From positions 1 to 26,172 of the forward strand of contig JAWBTW010000010.1 in NCBI GenBank assembly GCA_039000165.1: 26,172 nucleotides of DNA, in the 5' to 3' direction. Below the pieces are notes generated by a model that was given only the letters and a program-made list of their open reading frames with translations, was not told the DNA's origin and ran no database searches. How positions within the stretch are numbered: the stretch's first letter is position 1; every line of letters starts with the position of its first letter. This DNA is from Candidatus Aenigmatarchaeota archaeon. Its GTDB lineage: Archaea; Aenigmatarchaeota; Aenigmatarchaeia; CG10238-14; SCSR01. Positions 9,582-18,346 of the stretch are shown in pieces. The position numbers and the translations under genes were made by a program.

Positions 9582-10841
9582 ATGAGAGAAAAACCTACTG
9601 TAATAGCTCCTGTAAAAGGAAAAGGTACTAGGCTTTATCCGCTTACTTTAGAAGACTCTAAATCTCTTATAGGAATAGCCAACCAACCTACTTTAGAAAG
9701 GATATTCGAAAACCTAGCTTTCTACGGTTGTAGAAACTTTTGGATAATAGGCGAATATGAACTTTACTTCTACTTCAGAAGAGGTGAAAGCTTTTCAAAA
9801 AGGCTTGACTTAAAGCCAGAAGCTACGTTTAACTATTCTACCGAAGAAGATTTTGGAAATGCGGACGGAACAAGAAGACTTTTAGAAAAGGAAGATATAG
9901 AAGGAAACGTCCTCATAATAGGTGGGGACAATTTAACTGACATAAATGTCGAGCAAATGCTCAAGTTTCATGAAACTAACGATTCAGATTTTACTGTGGC
10001 ACTTGTTGAAGTTAAAGATGTTACAAAGTATGGAATAGCTAGGTTGGAAGATAACAGAATTGTTGAATTTGTAGAAAAACCTAAGCAAGAAGAAGCACCT
10101 TCTAACCTTGGAAGCATGTTTTGTTACTTAGGGAAAGCCAAAGTTCTTAGAGAATTTTTAAAAAAGAATAAAGAGCTTACAGATTTCGGTTCCCAAGTGA
10201 TACCAAAAATGGTTAAAGAATGTAGAGTTTATGGATACATTCACAAAGGCTATTGGAACGATATAGGGAACCCAGAAACTTTACTTCAAGCTTCTCTTGA
10301 CGTTTTAAATGGAAAAGTTGGCAAAATTGGAGAAAAAATTCATTATTCGAGCAAAAATAAAATTGGAAAAAACGTAGAAATGGAAAACGTGCTTATAGGC
10401 GCAAACGTAAGAATTGGGAATAACGTTAAACTGAAGAACGTTTGTATAGAGGACAATTGTGTGATAGAAGATGGAGCTGAGATAGAAAATTCTGTGCTCT
10501 ATTTTGCTTCAAGAGTCGGTGAAAAAACTAGAGTGAGAAAATCCATAATTGGAAGGTTTGCTTATACAGGAAAAAGAAGTGAAGTAGGAGGTTATAATAT
10601 AGATAAGGTTTCAGTGGTAGGGAATAACGTAAAGATGGGAGACGAATGGATAATATGGGAGGGAGAGCTTTTAGCGAGCTATTCCCCTAGGAATATGAGA
10701 AAAATAAAAAGTGCAACTTTAAACAATCAAGATTTGTACAAAATTGTTAATGTAGATAATGAGATTATTTTTTTTGTCAATAGAAAAACTCTCTATGAAG
10801 ATTATAAAGGAGTGCCTCCACCTGTTTTCAAAAGAGTTTAG
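9582..10841 (+). CDS. NDP-sugar pyrophosphorylase (GlgC/Mpg1-like) with left-handed beta-helix
   Basis: GKGTRLYPLT, GD, FVEKP, DFGSQVIP and YWNDIG motifs followed by hexapeptide repeats. Confidence 0.88.
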   Translation: MREKPTVIAPVKGKGTRLYPLTLEDSKSLIGIANQPTLERIFENLAFYGCRNFWIIGEYELYFYFRRGESFSKRLDLKPEATFNYSTEEDFGNADGTRRLLEKEDIEGNVLIIGGDNLTDINVEQMLKFHETNDSDFTVALVEVKDVTKYGIARLEDNRIVEFVEKPKQEEAPSNLGSMFCYLGKAKVLREFLKKNKELTDFGSQVIPKMVKECRVYGYIHKGYWNDIGNPETLLQASLDVLNGKVGKIGEKIHYSSKNKIGKNVEMENVLIGANVRIGNNVKLKNVCIEDNCVIEDGAEIENSVLYFASRVGEKTRVRKSIIGRFAYTGKRSEVGGYNIDKVSVVGNNVKMGDEWIIWEGELLASYSPRNMRKIKSATLNNQDLYKIVNVDNEIIFFVNRKTLYEDYKGVPPPVFKRV

Positions 10842-12049
10842 CCAAGCTTATACCTTAAAAAAGCTCCTATTCCACCTAATTCTTTAAATTGCGCGCCTTC
10901 GTTGCTTTCTGTCGAGATAAACTCAACTTTGCTTCCAAGACTCTTTGCTTTCTCGCTTAAAGTTTCTACCAGTTCTTCCACACTTTCAACGCTCATAATT
11001 TGTTTACATTTTTCACAATATTGACTTTCAGCTTTATTCTTCGGTAAATCTTTTTCTTGTGTTAAGTTACATTTGTTGCACTTGAGCTTGACATGAACGA
11101 AGTCAAAACCTTCTGAGATTAACAAAGTTTCAACTGCCCCAATTTCCAAAGCTTTTAAAGTTTCTTTAAAGCCGTAAGTGACGTTTCCTCCTTTTTGTAA
11201 CTCAGAAAAAAACTTCTCCATTATTTCTTTTTCTTTCATGATAGAAGCCTTTTCAAGCAGGTCTTCTGACCTGTTGACAAGTTCTCTTAGACCATACTCC
11301 CCTGTATAGCTCGTATCCTTTATCCCCAAAATTTTTTTCCTGACTTCATGATGCAAATAATTCCCCTGAGCAAAAGCTTCTTTTGTTGGTCCTGGACCAC
11401 CGATTAAAACCCCCTTTAACTCAGGTTCTTGTAAGAAAAGATTTGAAGCGATTTCTCCAACCTTGGTGAAAAATTCGTTCAAAGCATCTTCCCTTATTCT
11501 ATCATAACGTCTTTGCGACATTCCTCCTTTCACGCTCTTTGATGGTACAGTAGATTCTAACTTTTTTACTTCTTCTACGGCTTTACCTTTAAGCAAACCT
11601 ATGCTAGCTTCGCTAGCATCTAAAACTATTAAACCATATACCTCTCTTTCTCTTAACATTTCTTTTAATGGGTTAAGAATGAAGTTTTGATCGCAGCGAT
11701 AAATTTTTGTTGATAGCTTTTCGGGTGGTTCTAAACTCCAAATTCTTATATCAGAAATTCCGGGATCAGGAGAAACATTTCCACAAAAAACTACTAAACC
11801 ATTTTCAGGGGTTGTTCTAAACATTCTCAAGTGCTGGATTATTTTTTCCAACGCACCCATTACATTTTTTCTTACGGTTTTGTCCTTAACGTTTTGCGCT
11901 AAGCTATACTCTTCCCTCAGCATGTTAATAACTTCTTGCAAGTTTGAGCCTGATGGGATGTAAACACTAACTAACTCTGTATGTCTCCCCCTTATGTTTT
12001 CCAACTCTTTTATAATCTTCTTTAGTTTAAGCAGTTTTTCCTCTTCCAT
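10838..12049 (-). CDS. prf1: Peptide chain release factor aRF1 with variant motifs
   Basis: GRHTELVSVYIP, YRCDQNF, GGPGPTK, Zn minidomain (CNKC..CEKC) and LGGIGAFLRY; start is ATG 12049 or GTG 12058. Confidence 0.93.
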   Translation of the reverse strand: MEEEKLLKLKKIIKELENIRGRHTELVSVYIPSGSNLQEVINMLREEYSLAQNVKDKTVRKNVMGALEKIIQHLRMFRTTPENGLVVFCGNVSPDPGISDIRIWSLEPPEKLSTKIYRCDQNFILNPLKEMLREREVYGLIVLDASEASIGLLKGKAVEEVKKLESTVPSKSVKGGMSQRRYDRIREDALNEFFTKVGEIASNLFLQEPELKGVLIGGPGPTKEAFAQGNYLHHEVRKKILGIKDTSYTGEYGLRELVNRSEDLLEKASIMKEKEIMEKFFSELQKGGNVTYGFKETLKALEIGAVETLLISEGFDFVHVKLKCNKCNLTQEKDLPKNKAESQYCEKCKQIMSVESVEELVETLSEKAKSLGSKVEFISTESNEGAQFKELGGIGAFLRYKLG

Positions 12050-12063
12050 TCTAACCACAGAAG

Positions 12064-14385
12064 TTATAGTATGTTGTGCATAGCTTTTAAATCTTTCTCG
12101 AAAATCCTTAGTTCTTCTGGTATCCCTACTTTTATTGCTTCTTTTAATGAAACTCTTTTTTTCTTTTTTTCCTCCCAGACACTTGAATTAAACTCTACCA
12201 ACCTTTTAGTTAGTTTTGTTAATTCTTTTTTCCATTTTGGTTTCGGAAAAGTTTCTAGATGGATGCTTTTTTTAGAATAAAGTTCTCTCCAAATATAGTC
12301 TGTGATAAAAGGTGAGATAGGCGCGAGAAGAAGGAGGATTGTTTTTAAACAAGTATGTAAAGTAAACCATGCTGCCTCTTTCTCTTCTTTAGTAAATCCT
12401 TTTCCGTAAGCTCTTGGTTTAACCATTTCAATATAATGCGAAGCAAATAAGTTCCAAACAAATTCTCTTATTTTGTTCGAGGGTATGAAAAAGTTAAAGT
12501 CTTGATATCCTTTTAAGCATTCCTCTATCAGGTTACTTAACTCCGCTAAAATCCATTCGTCAGTTTTGGTTAATTTTGCTTTTTTTGGTTCTGGAAAAGA
12601 AGAGATGAACCTTGCAACGTTCCAAAACTTTGTCAAGAATTTTGAGTTAGCGAATATTCTTTGCTCAGAACACCTAAAATCATAGCCTAGGCTTGCTTCT
12701 TGAGCCCCCCAGAACCTAAAAGCATCGCTTCCATATTTTTCAAGAATAGGTAGAGGATCAATAACATTTCCTTTACTTTTGCTCATTTTTTCTCCCTTTT
12801 CATCAACTCCATATCCAGAAATCCAAACATGTTCGAAAGGTAATTTTTTAGTTATCTGATAACATCTTAGCAAAGTATAAAATAACCATGTCCTAACTAT
12901 ATCCTTCCCTTGTGGTCTTATGGCATTAGGATAGGTTTTTCTGAAAAAGTTTTTGTCCTCTAAGAACTTTGAAATGAACAAGGGAGAAATGCTAGAATCA
13001 AACCAAGTATCAAAAGTTCTTTCTTCACCGACGAACTCTTCCCCTTTACAGAAAGAGCATCTTGAAAAAGGTGGTTTTTCTCTCCATGGCTTGTAGTATT
13101 TTCCGGCCTTTGGAATGTTAGGCTTACCACATTTCTTACAATACCAAATTGGAATTTCAGTTCCATAAAACCTTCTCCTTGAAATAGGCCAATCTGTGGT
13201 TATGGAGTTGATCCAGTTGAGCAGTATCATCTTATGCTCTTTGGGATGAAACTTTATTTTTTCTATTCCTTTTTTCAATTCTTCCAAGAAAGGAATTTGC
13301 TTGAGATAGTATTCCTTCATAGGAATTATTTCTATAGGGGTTTTACTTCTATCGCACAGAGGAGTTCTGTGCCATATGTCTTCTATCTTTTTCACTAGTC
13401 CCATTTTTTGTAAATCTTCTATTATTCTTTTTCTTGCTTCTTCAATTTTTAGGCCAGCATATTTTCCTGCATTTTCTGTCATTTCGCCGTTTTCATTTAT
13501 GGCTATTATTTCCTTGAGCTTGAATTCCCTAAAAATTCTTACATCGCTTTGGTCTCCATAACTACAAACCATAGCGGCTCCTGTTCCAAAGTCGGGCTTC
13601 GCTTCTTTGCAAGGAATTATCGGAACTTCTTTTTCATAGATTGGAGTTATAGCATGCTTACCTTGTAAACTTTTATATCTTTCGTCTTCAGGATGGACTA
13701 TTATTGCCTGACAAGAACAAAGAAGTTCAGGTCTTGTCGTGGCAATAGTCAAATCTTTTCCTGTTTCTTTTACTTTAAAGTTTATATAAACAAGCTTGGT
13801 GGGCAGTTCTTCATACTCTATTTCAGCATCAGCTATAGTTGTTTTGCAATCTATGCAATAATTATTTGGCCTTGTGGCTTCATAGATTAAACCCTTGTTC
13901 CAGAGCCAGATGAAAGTTGTTTGGGTAAGTTTTCTGTATTCTTCGCTATCGGTGCGATAATAATTCTCAAAATCTCCGCTAATTCCAACCATTTTCATGA
14001 TTTTTATGAAAACTTTTTCAACATCATCTAAAGAATGTTTACACAACTCTATGAATTTTTCTCTTTCAACCTCATGCAATCTTATGTTGTATTTTTTTTC
14101 TGTGTAAAGTTCGACTGGTATACCATTCCTGTCAATCCCTATAGGAAAATAAACTTCAAAACCAAACATTCTTGCGGTTCTTGCTATCATATCTATCTGA
14201 GAATAATGAACAACAGCACCAATATGCCAAGGTAAGCCTGAAGGGTAAGGTGGAGGAGTGTCTATGGTAAAAATTTTTCCCTTTGTCTTTGTGCTTAAAG
14301 AAAAAATTTTTTCTTTTAACCATTCTTGCGAGATTTTTTCTTCTAGCTTTATGTCCCATCTTTTCTCTTTAAGTCTTGGCTCCAT
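12064..14385 (-). CDS. valS: Valine--tRNA ligase, archaeal type
   Basis: IDTPPPY, HIGA (HIGH variant), ATTRPEL editing motif, WPISRRR and KMSKSKGN; start ATG 14385 or GTG 14394. Confidence 0.96.
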   Translation of the reverse strand: MEPRLKEKRWDIKLEEKISQEWLKEKIFSLSTKTKGKIFTIDTPPPYPSGLPWHIGAVVHYSQIDMIARTARMFGFEVYFPIGIDRNGIPVELYTEKKYNIRLHEVEREKFIELCKHSLDDVEKVFIKIMKMVGISGDFENYYRTDSEEYRKLTQTTFIWLWNKGLIYEATRPNNYCIDCKTTIADAEIEYEELPTKLVYINFKVKETGKDLTIATTRPELLCSCQAIIVHPEDERYKSLQGKHAITPIYEKEVPIIPCKEAKPDFGTGAAMVCSYGDQSDVRIFREFKLKEIIAINENGEMTENAGKYAGLKIEEARKRIIEDLQKMGLVKKIEDIWHRTPLCDRSKTPIEIIPMKEYYLKQIPFLEELKKGIEKIKFHPKEHKMILLNWINSITTDWPISRRRFYGTEIPIWYCKKCGKPNIPKAGKYYKPWREKPPFSRCSFCKGEEFVGEERTFDTWFDSSISPLFISKFLEDKNFFRKTYPNAIRPQGKDIVRTWLFYTLLRCYQITKKLPFEHVWISGYGVDEKGEKMSKSKGNVIDPLPILEKYGSDAFRFWGAQEASLGYDFRCSEQRIFANSKFLTKFWNVARFISSFPEPKKAKLTKTDEWILAELSNLIEECLKGYQDFNFFIPSNKIREFVWNLFASHYIEMVKPRAYGKGFTKEEKEAAWFTLHTCLKTILLLLAPISPFITDYIWRELYSKKSIHLETFPKPKWKKELTKLTKRLVEFNSSVWEEKKKKRVSLKEAIKVGIPEELRIFEKDLKAMHNIL

Positions 14386-14431
14386 TTTGCCCACTTCGTG
14401 ATAAATAAATTTTTTTCTTAAATAATTAAAT

Positions 14432-15142
14432 CTATACGAACCTTGAAATTCCTGGTTTTAAATCTTTTTCTGTATCGATTATTACTATGTCTTTGTTCAA
14501 GGGAAAGGCAACGTTATATACTGGTACTTTATCAATCCAGGCTTGCTTTGTTCCTCTGTGCGAATGACCATGAATCACTAAATTTGGTTTTCTTTCGATC
14601 AAGACCTTTTCATACTTTTGTGAGCCTAAGTTTGGATAAAAATTAGGGTTTTCTCCTTGTAAAGTCTTGTAAGTAGGAGAATAATGAATAAGGAGAATTT
14701 TAAAATCAGCAAAAATTCTTTGCAAATAGCGATCCACAAAGTTGATTCTTTCCTCGTAGATTTTCTCGATGTTTGGAACGTTTTTTTTCTGCCAGGTAGT
14801 TGGTATATCCAAGCTTCCCGTAGTACCAACAATTCCAACAGAAATATCTTTTACAGTTATTATTACACTTTCATCATCAAGAAACTTTATTTCCTTATAA
14901 CTTGACTTAATTTTTTCTCTTAAATCTTGGTATTCATTATTTCCAAAACAGGCAACTATAGGGCAAGCGATTTTACCAAAAAGGACATTATTCACTTTTT
15001 CGTATTCTCTCAAATCACCTCTTTCTATCATATCTCCCGCTATCAGAAAAAGGTCAGGCTTTACTCTTAAATTGTCAACTGCTCTAACAAAATCTTCATA
15101 ATAATGCGGGCTATGGATATCTGCAGTAGCTGCTATTATCAT
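14432..15142 (-). CDS. Calcineurin-like metallophosphoesterase
   Basis: DIH, AGD, GNNE, HY and HGHSH motifs. Confidence 0.9.
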   Translation of the reverse strand: MIIAATADIHSPHYYEDFVRAVDNLRVKPDLFLIAGDMIERGDLREYEKVNNVLFGKIACPIVACFGNNEYQDLREKIKSSYKEIKFLDDESVIITVKDISVGIVGTTGSLDIPTTWQKKNVPNIEKIYEERINFVDRYLQRIFADFKILLIHYSPTYKTLQGENPNFYPNLGSQKYEKVLIERKPNLVIHGHSHRGTKQAWIDKVPVYNVAFPLNKDIVIIDTEKDLKPGISRFV

Positions 15143-15250
15143 AATTTTCTTTTAAAAATTGGGAAAAGGAAAACTTATTTTTATCTTTTAAATGTCACTA
15201 CCGATAAGTATTTAAATTTAACCTTCTATAAAGTGAGTAAAGGTGATGCT

Positions 15251-15598
15251 GTGATATTCCAGAAAGAGGAAGACTGGAAGAACTTTTTGAACGATGAAGC
15301 AAAAGAAATCTTAGCTAAGCTGTTGGATTCAACGAGGAAGCATAGGGCTGCATACTTGCAAGCAGAAGATGTAAAAGTTGCTCAGTTGTGGTGTGCTCTA
15401 GTAGAGCTTCAGAAACAATTTTCTCAATTGACAGAAACTATCAAGAGAATAGAAGAACCTTTCAAAGCAATAGTAGCCATAGGCGAAGCAGAAAAAAGAA
15501 AAACAATAGAAAGATTAGTGACAGAAATAATTAAACCAGAAGAAGAAGCAGAAAAGGAAGCAACTCAAAAGTTGGTAGACAGCCTGATGAAATTCTAA
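15251..15598 (+). CDS. Hypothetical coiled-coil protein
   Basis: GTG start at 15251 preceded by an AGGTGA SD-like site; helical, charged sequence (AEDVKVAQLWCALVEL). Confidence 0.7.
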   Translation: MIFQKEEDWKNFLNDEAKEILAKLLDSTRKHRAAYLQAEDVKVAQLWCALVELQKQFSQLTETIKRIEEPFKAIVAIGEAEKRKTIERLVTEIIKPEEEAEKEATQKLVDSLMKF

Positions 15599-15828
15599 AA
15601 CACAACCTCAACCTCAACTTTTCCTATTCCTTTAACTTTTTTAGCTTTTTGTTTAATCTCTTCTGTTAAATAGTTTATCATGGGACAAAAAGGTGTAGTA
15701 GGCTTAAACTTAATTTTAACGTTCTTCCCTTTTACTTCTATTCCTTTTATCATCCCCATACTAACTACATCTATACCTGTTTCTGGATCTATCGCTTTTC
15801 TTAGTGCTTCTAAAACTTTTTCTTTCAT
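15595..15828 (-). CDS. Metal-sulfur cluster assembly factor (DUF59/SufT family)
   Basis: AIDPETGIDVVSMGMI and PTTPFCP motifs. Confidence 0.9.
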   Translation of the reverse strand: MKEKVLEALRKAIDPETGIDVVSMGMIKGIEVKGKNVKIKFKPTTPFCPMINYLTEEIKQKAKKVKGIGKVEVEVVF

Positions 15829-15860
15829 TCTTTTTTATTTTAGGCTTTCTATTTTTAAAT

Positions 15861-16334
15861 ATGAGAAGAAACTTGATTTTACAAGTGCTTCTTATAATTT
15901 TCATAACTTTTACGATAAGGGAAACAGTTTATTACTTTTACCTCGGAGGAAAGCTTGACGTTTACTTTATTTTAAATTCCTTGTTCTTTCTCATAGGAGT
16001 TTATGCAGGTTACATTTCTTTAATGCTCTTTAACCAGCTCAAAAAAGAACAGGAGATTTCTATGCTTAGTATTTTCCTTTCTTTTAAGGAGTTTAAAGAT
16101 GAAATTAGGTTTTTGTATCTCTTTTCTCTTATAGCCGCAACGAGTTTTTTTGCCTATTCAATTTCTTACGGGGCTCAAATTTTTATCGAAACACTTAAAC
16201 ATCTTGAATGGCTTACGAACACACTTTTTTTAATCTCTCTTACTTCTTTTTTAATCTTCATAATTTCCTTTATCTTTCTTGTTAGAAAATGGGAAAAGAG
16301 GTTCGAAAAATATGGAGGTTTGGGAAGTTATTAA
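15861..16334 (+). CDS. Hypothetical polytopic membrane protein
   Basis: About 4 hydrophobic segments; ATG 15861 avoids overlap with the DUF59 gene. Confidence 0.7.
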   Translation: MRRNLILQVLLIIFITFTIRETVYYFYLGGKLDVYFILNSLFFLIGVYAGYISLMLFNQLKKEQEISMLSIFLSFKEFKDEIRFLYLFSLIAATSFFAYSISYGAQIFIETLKHLEWLTNTLFLISLTSFLIFIISFIFLVRKWEKRFEKYGGLGSY

Positions 16335-16656
16335 CTTCGTAGTCTATTTTTTTGTTGCAATTCTTTTTTCTTTAGTTACAACCTATGCTAGAAAATTCTT
16401 GAAAAATCTAGAAGAAAACGAAAAGCTTGCAGCTTCTCTAATTTTTCTTAATCCAAAAGTGCCAAAATGTTTCGGCATTTTAAGCATAATTCTTTTTGCT
16501 TTTTCGATAGCTTTTTTACTTTCGCCTTTTTATGAGTTTTACTTTCGCTCAAGCCTTTTTGTAATAATCATTTCGACTTATCTTTTACTTTTTGCTTTCG
16601 TTTACTTTTTTAAAACTCTTTGTGAGACAACAAAAAGTGAAGAATATGGAGGTTAG
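16312..16656 (+). CDS. Hypothetical membrane protein, about 3 TM
   Basis: MEVWEV start overlapping the upstream gene end; three hydrophobic helices. Confidence 0.7.
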   Translation: MEVWEVINFVVYFFVAILFSLVTTYARKFLKNLEENEKLAASLIFLNPKVPKCFGILSIILFAFSIAFLLSPFYEFYFRSSLFVIIISTYLLLFAFVYFFKTLCETTKSEEYGG

Positions 16657-17017
16657 AACCGAACTAGAAAAGGTATTAAAAGAAATGAAGAAAATAGAAG
16701 GAGTAAGAGGAAGCTTAATAGCTAACAAAGAGGGATTGCTCGTGGCTTCCTACCTTCCTGCTGAGCTTGACGCTAGACTCTTAGCTGCTTTGGCTGCAAC
16801 TTTAGTGAAAGTTTCAAACATGACAACTGAAAGATTGGGAATGGGTACTTTTACTCATACTGTGGTTAAAGCCTCTCAAGGTTATTATGTTTGCTTCCCG
16901 ATTGATACTGAAATGATTTTAGCATGCTTACTAGAAAAGGATGTTAATCTTGGTTTAGTTTTGGTTAGAATGGAAGAGAGTATAAAAGAAATAGGAAAAG
17001 TTTTAAGAAGTTTTTAG
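16646..17017 (+). CDS. Roadblock/LC7 domain protein
   Basis: GVRGSLIANKEGLLVAS, LAALAA and NLGLV motifs typical of roadblock/MglB-like folds. Confidence 0.9.
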   Translation: MEVRTELEKVLKEMKKIEGVRGSLIANKEGLLVASYLPAELDARLLAALAATLVKVSNMTTERLGMGTFTHTVVKASQGYYVCFPIDTEMILACLLEKDVNLGLVLVRMEESIKEIGKVLRSF

Positions 17018-17089
17018 TGGACTGGCCGGGATTTGAACCCGGAACTTCCGCCTTGCGAAGGCGGCGATCTACCGTTGATCTACCAGCCC
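17018..17089 (-). tRNA. tRNA-Ala(CGC)
   Basis: GGGCTGG/CCAGTCC acceptor stem with G3:U70, CCGCC-TTCGCAA-GGCGG anticodon arm, TTCAAAT T-loop. Confidence 0.96.
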
Positions 17090-17131
17090 TTGATAAAATG
17101 AATTTTATTTTTGATTTAAATAATTTAATTT

Positions 17132-17902
17132 ATGGAAAGGCTTCTTTTTGATGCGATAAGTTTTGCGAAAAGAGCAGGGCTTTTGCTCTTGAAAGATTTT
17201 AGAAAAGTTAAAGAATACTCAAAAAGAGGCCATAGCAAAGCAATAAAAACTATTTATGATAAAGCTTCTGAAAATTTGATAAAAAAGCTTATTTCAGCAA
17301 AGTATCCTGAGCATAGCATTTTGTCAGAAGAAACAGGTTATGTTGAAAAGGATTCTAAGTATTTGTGGGTTGTTGATCCTCTAGATGGAACAGGAAATTT
17401 TGTTAACGGTAATCCTTTGTTTTCTGTTTCCATAGCCTTTTTAGAAAATAACAAACTGAAATACGGAGCAATATACTTTCCAGTTTCTAACGAAACCTTT
17501 TTCGCAGAAAGAGGAAAAGGAGCTTTTCTAAACGGAAAAAGAATTTTTGTCTCAAAAATAGATAAGCTAGAAAAAAGCTATTTTGTAACTTGTGAAGGCG
17601 TAGAAAAAAGTAAGAAAAGAAAGGCAAAGCTTTACTCTACAATAATATCAAAAGCAGTTGATATAAGGAAGCTTGGTTCAGGAAGCTTAGAGTGTGCTTG
17701 GGTTGCTTCAGGAAGGGCAGAGGCTTACTTAACTTTTAAAGTTCCACCTTGGGATGTTGCTGCAGGAGTTTTATTAGTAGAAGAGGCAGGAGGAAGAGTT
17801 ACTGATTTTAAAGGAAGGGAATGGAGTTTAAGGCAATGTGATTTTTTGGCTTCAAATTCTTTGGTTCATGAAAAAGTTTTAAAATTGTTAAAAGGCATTT
17901 AA
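17132..17902 (+). CDS. suhB: Inositol monophosphatase family protein
   Basis: SEE, WVVDPLDGTGNF and WDVAAG..LVEEAGG motifs. Confidence 0.93.
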   Translation: MERLLFDAISFAKRAGLLLLKDFRKVKEYSKRGHSKAIKTIYDKASENLIKKLISAKYPEHSILSEETGYVEKDSKYLWVVDPLDGTGNFVNGNPLFSVSIAFLENNKLKYGAIYFPVSNETFFAERGKGAFLNGKRIFVSKIDKLEKSYFVTCEGVEKSKKRKAKLYSTIISKAVDIRKLGSGSLECAWVASGRAEAYLTFKVPPWDVAAGVLLVEEAGGRVTDFKGREWSLRQCDFLASNSLVHEKVLKLLKGI

Positions 17903-18328
17903 CATTTTTTTAAATTCTTTTATTTGCTCTTTTGCTACAGGTTGAAGCTTAACTTTTATTTTATTCAAATTAAACCATTTAATATCACAAACATCACTTC
18001 CTGCTTTTAATTTGCCCCCAACAATCTTTGTTTTAAAACAAAAAACCAAGTGATGATGATTATCATGAAACTCTTGAGTTAAGTGAAAAAGTTCTAAAGG
18101 TTTTATTTTAAGACTAGTTTCTTCTTTAGTTTCTCTTATTAAAGCTTCTTCCAAGGTTTCTCCTGCTTTTACCTTTCCTGTAGGAAGACCCCAAAATCCT
18201 GGAAAAGCTTTTTTTGATCTCTTTCTCTTGACTAATAAAATTTTTCTATCTTTTTCAATCAAAGCACTAACAACTGCTGAAATCTTTCTTGGAGTTTTAA
18301 TGTTTCTTTTAACTGTACAAATTTTCAT
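17888..18328 (-). CDS. NUDIX hydrolase
   Basis: Nudix box GKVKAGETLEEALIRETKEETSL. Confidence 0.9.
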   Translation of the reverse strand: MKICTVKRNIKTPRKISAVVSALIEKDRKILLVKRKRSKKAFPGFWGLPTGKVKAGETLEEALIRETKEETSLKIKPLELFHLTQEFHDNHHHLVFCFKTKIVGGKLKAGSDVCDIKWFNLNKIKVKLQPVAKEQIKEFKKMLNAF

Positions 18329-18346
18329 AAGATTTTATTGTTTTTA

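Noticed and set aside
14214..14228. ValRS HIGA instead of HIGH
   Set aside because: HIGH variants are common in class I synthetases and the rest of the enzyme is intact
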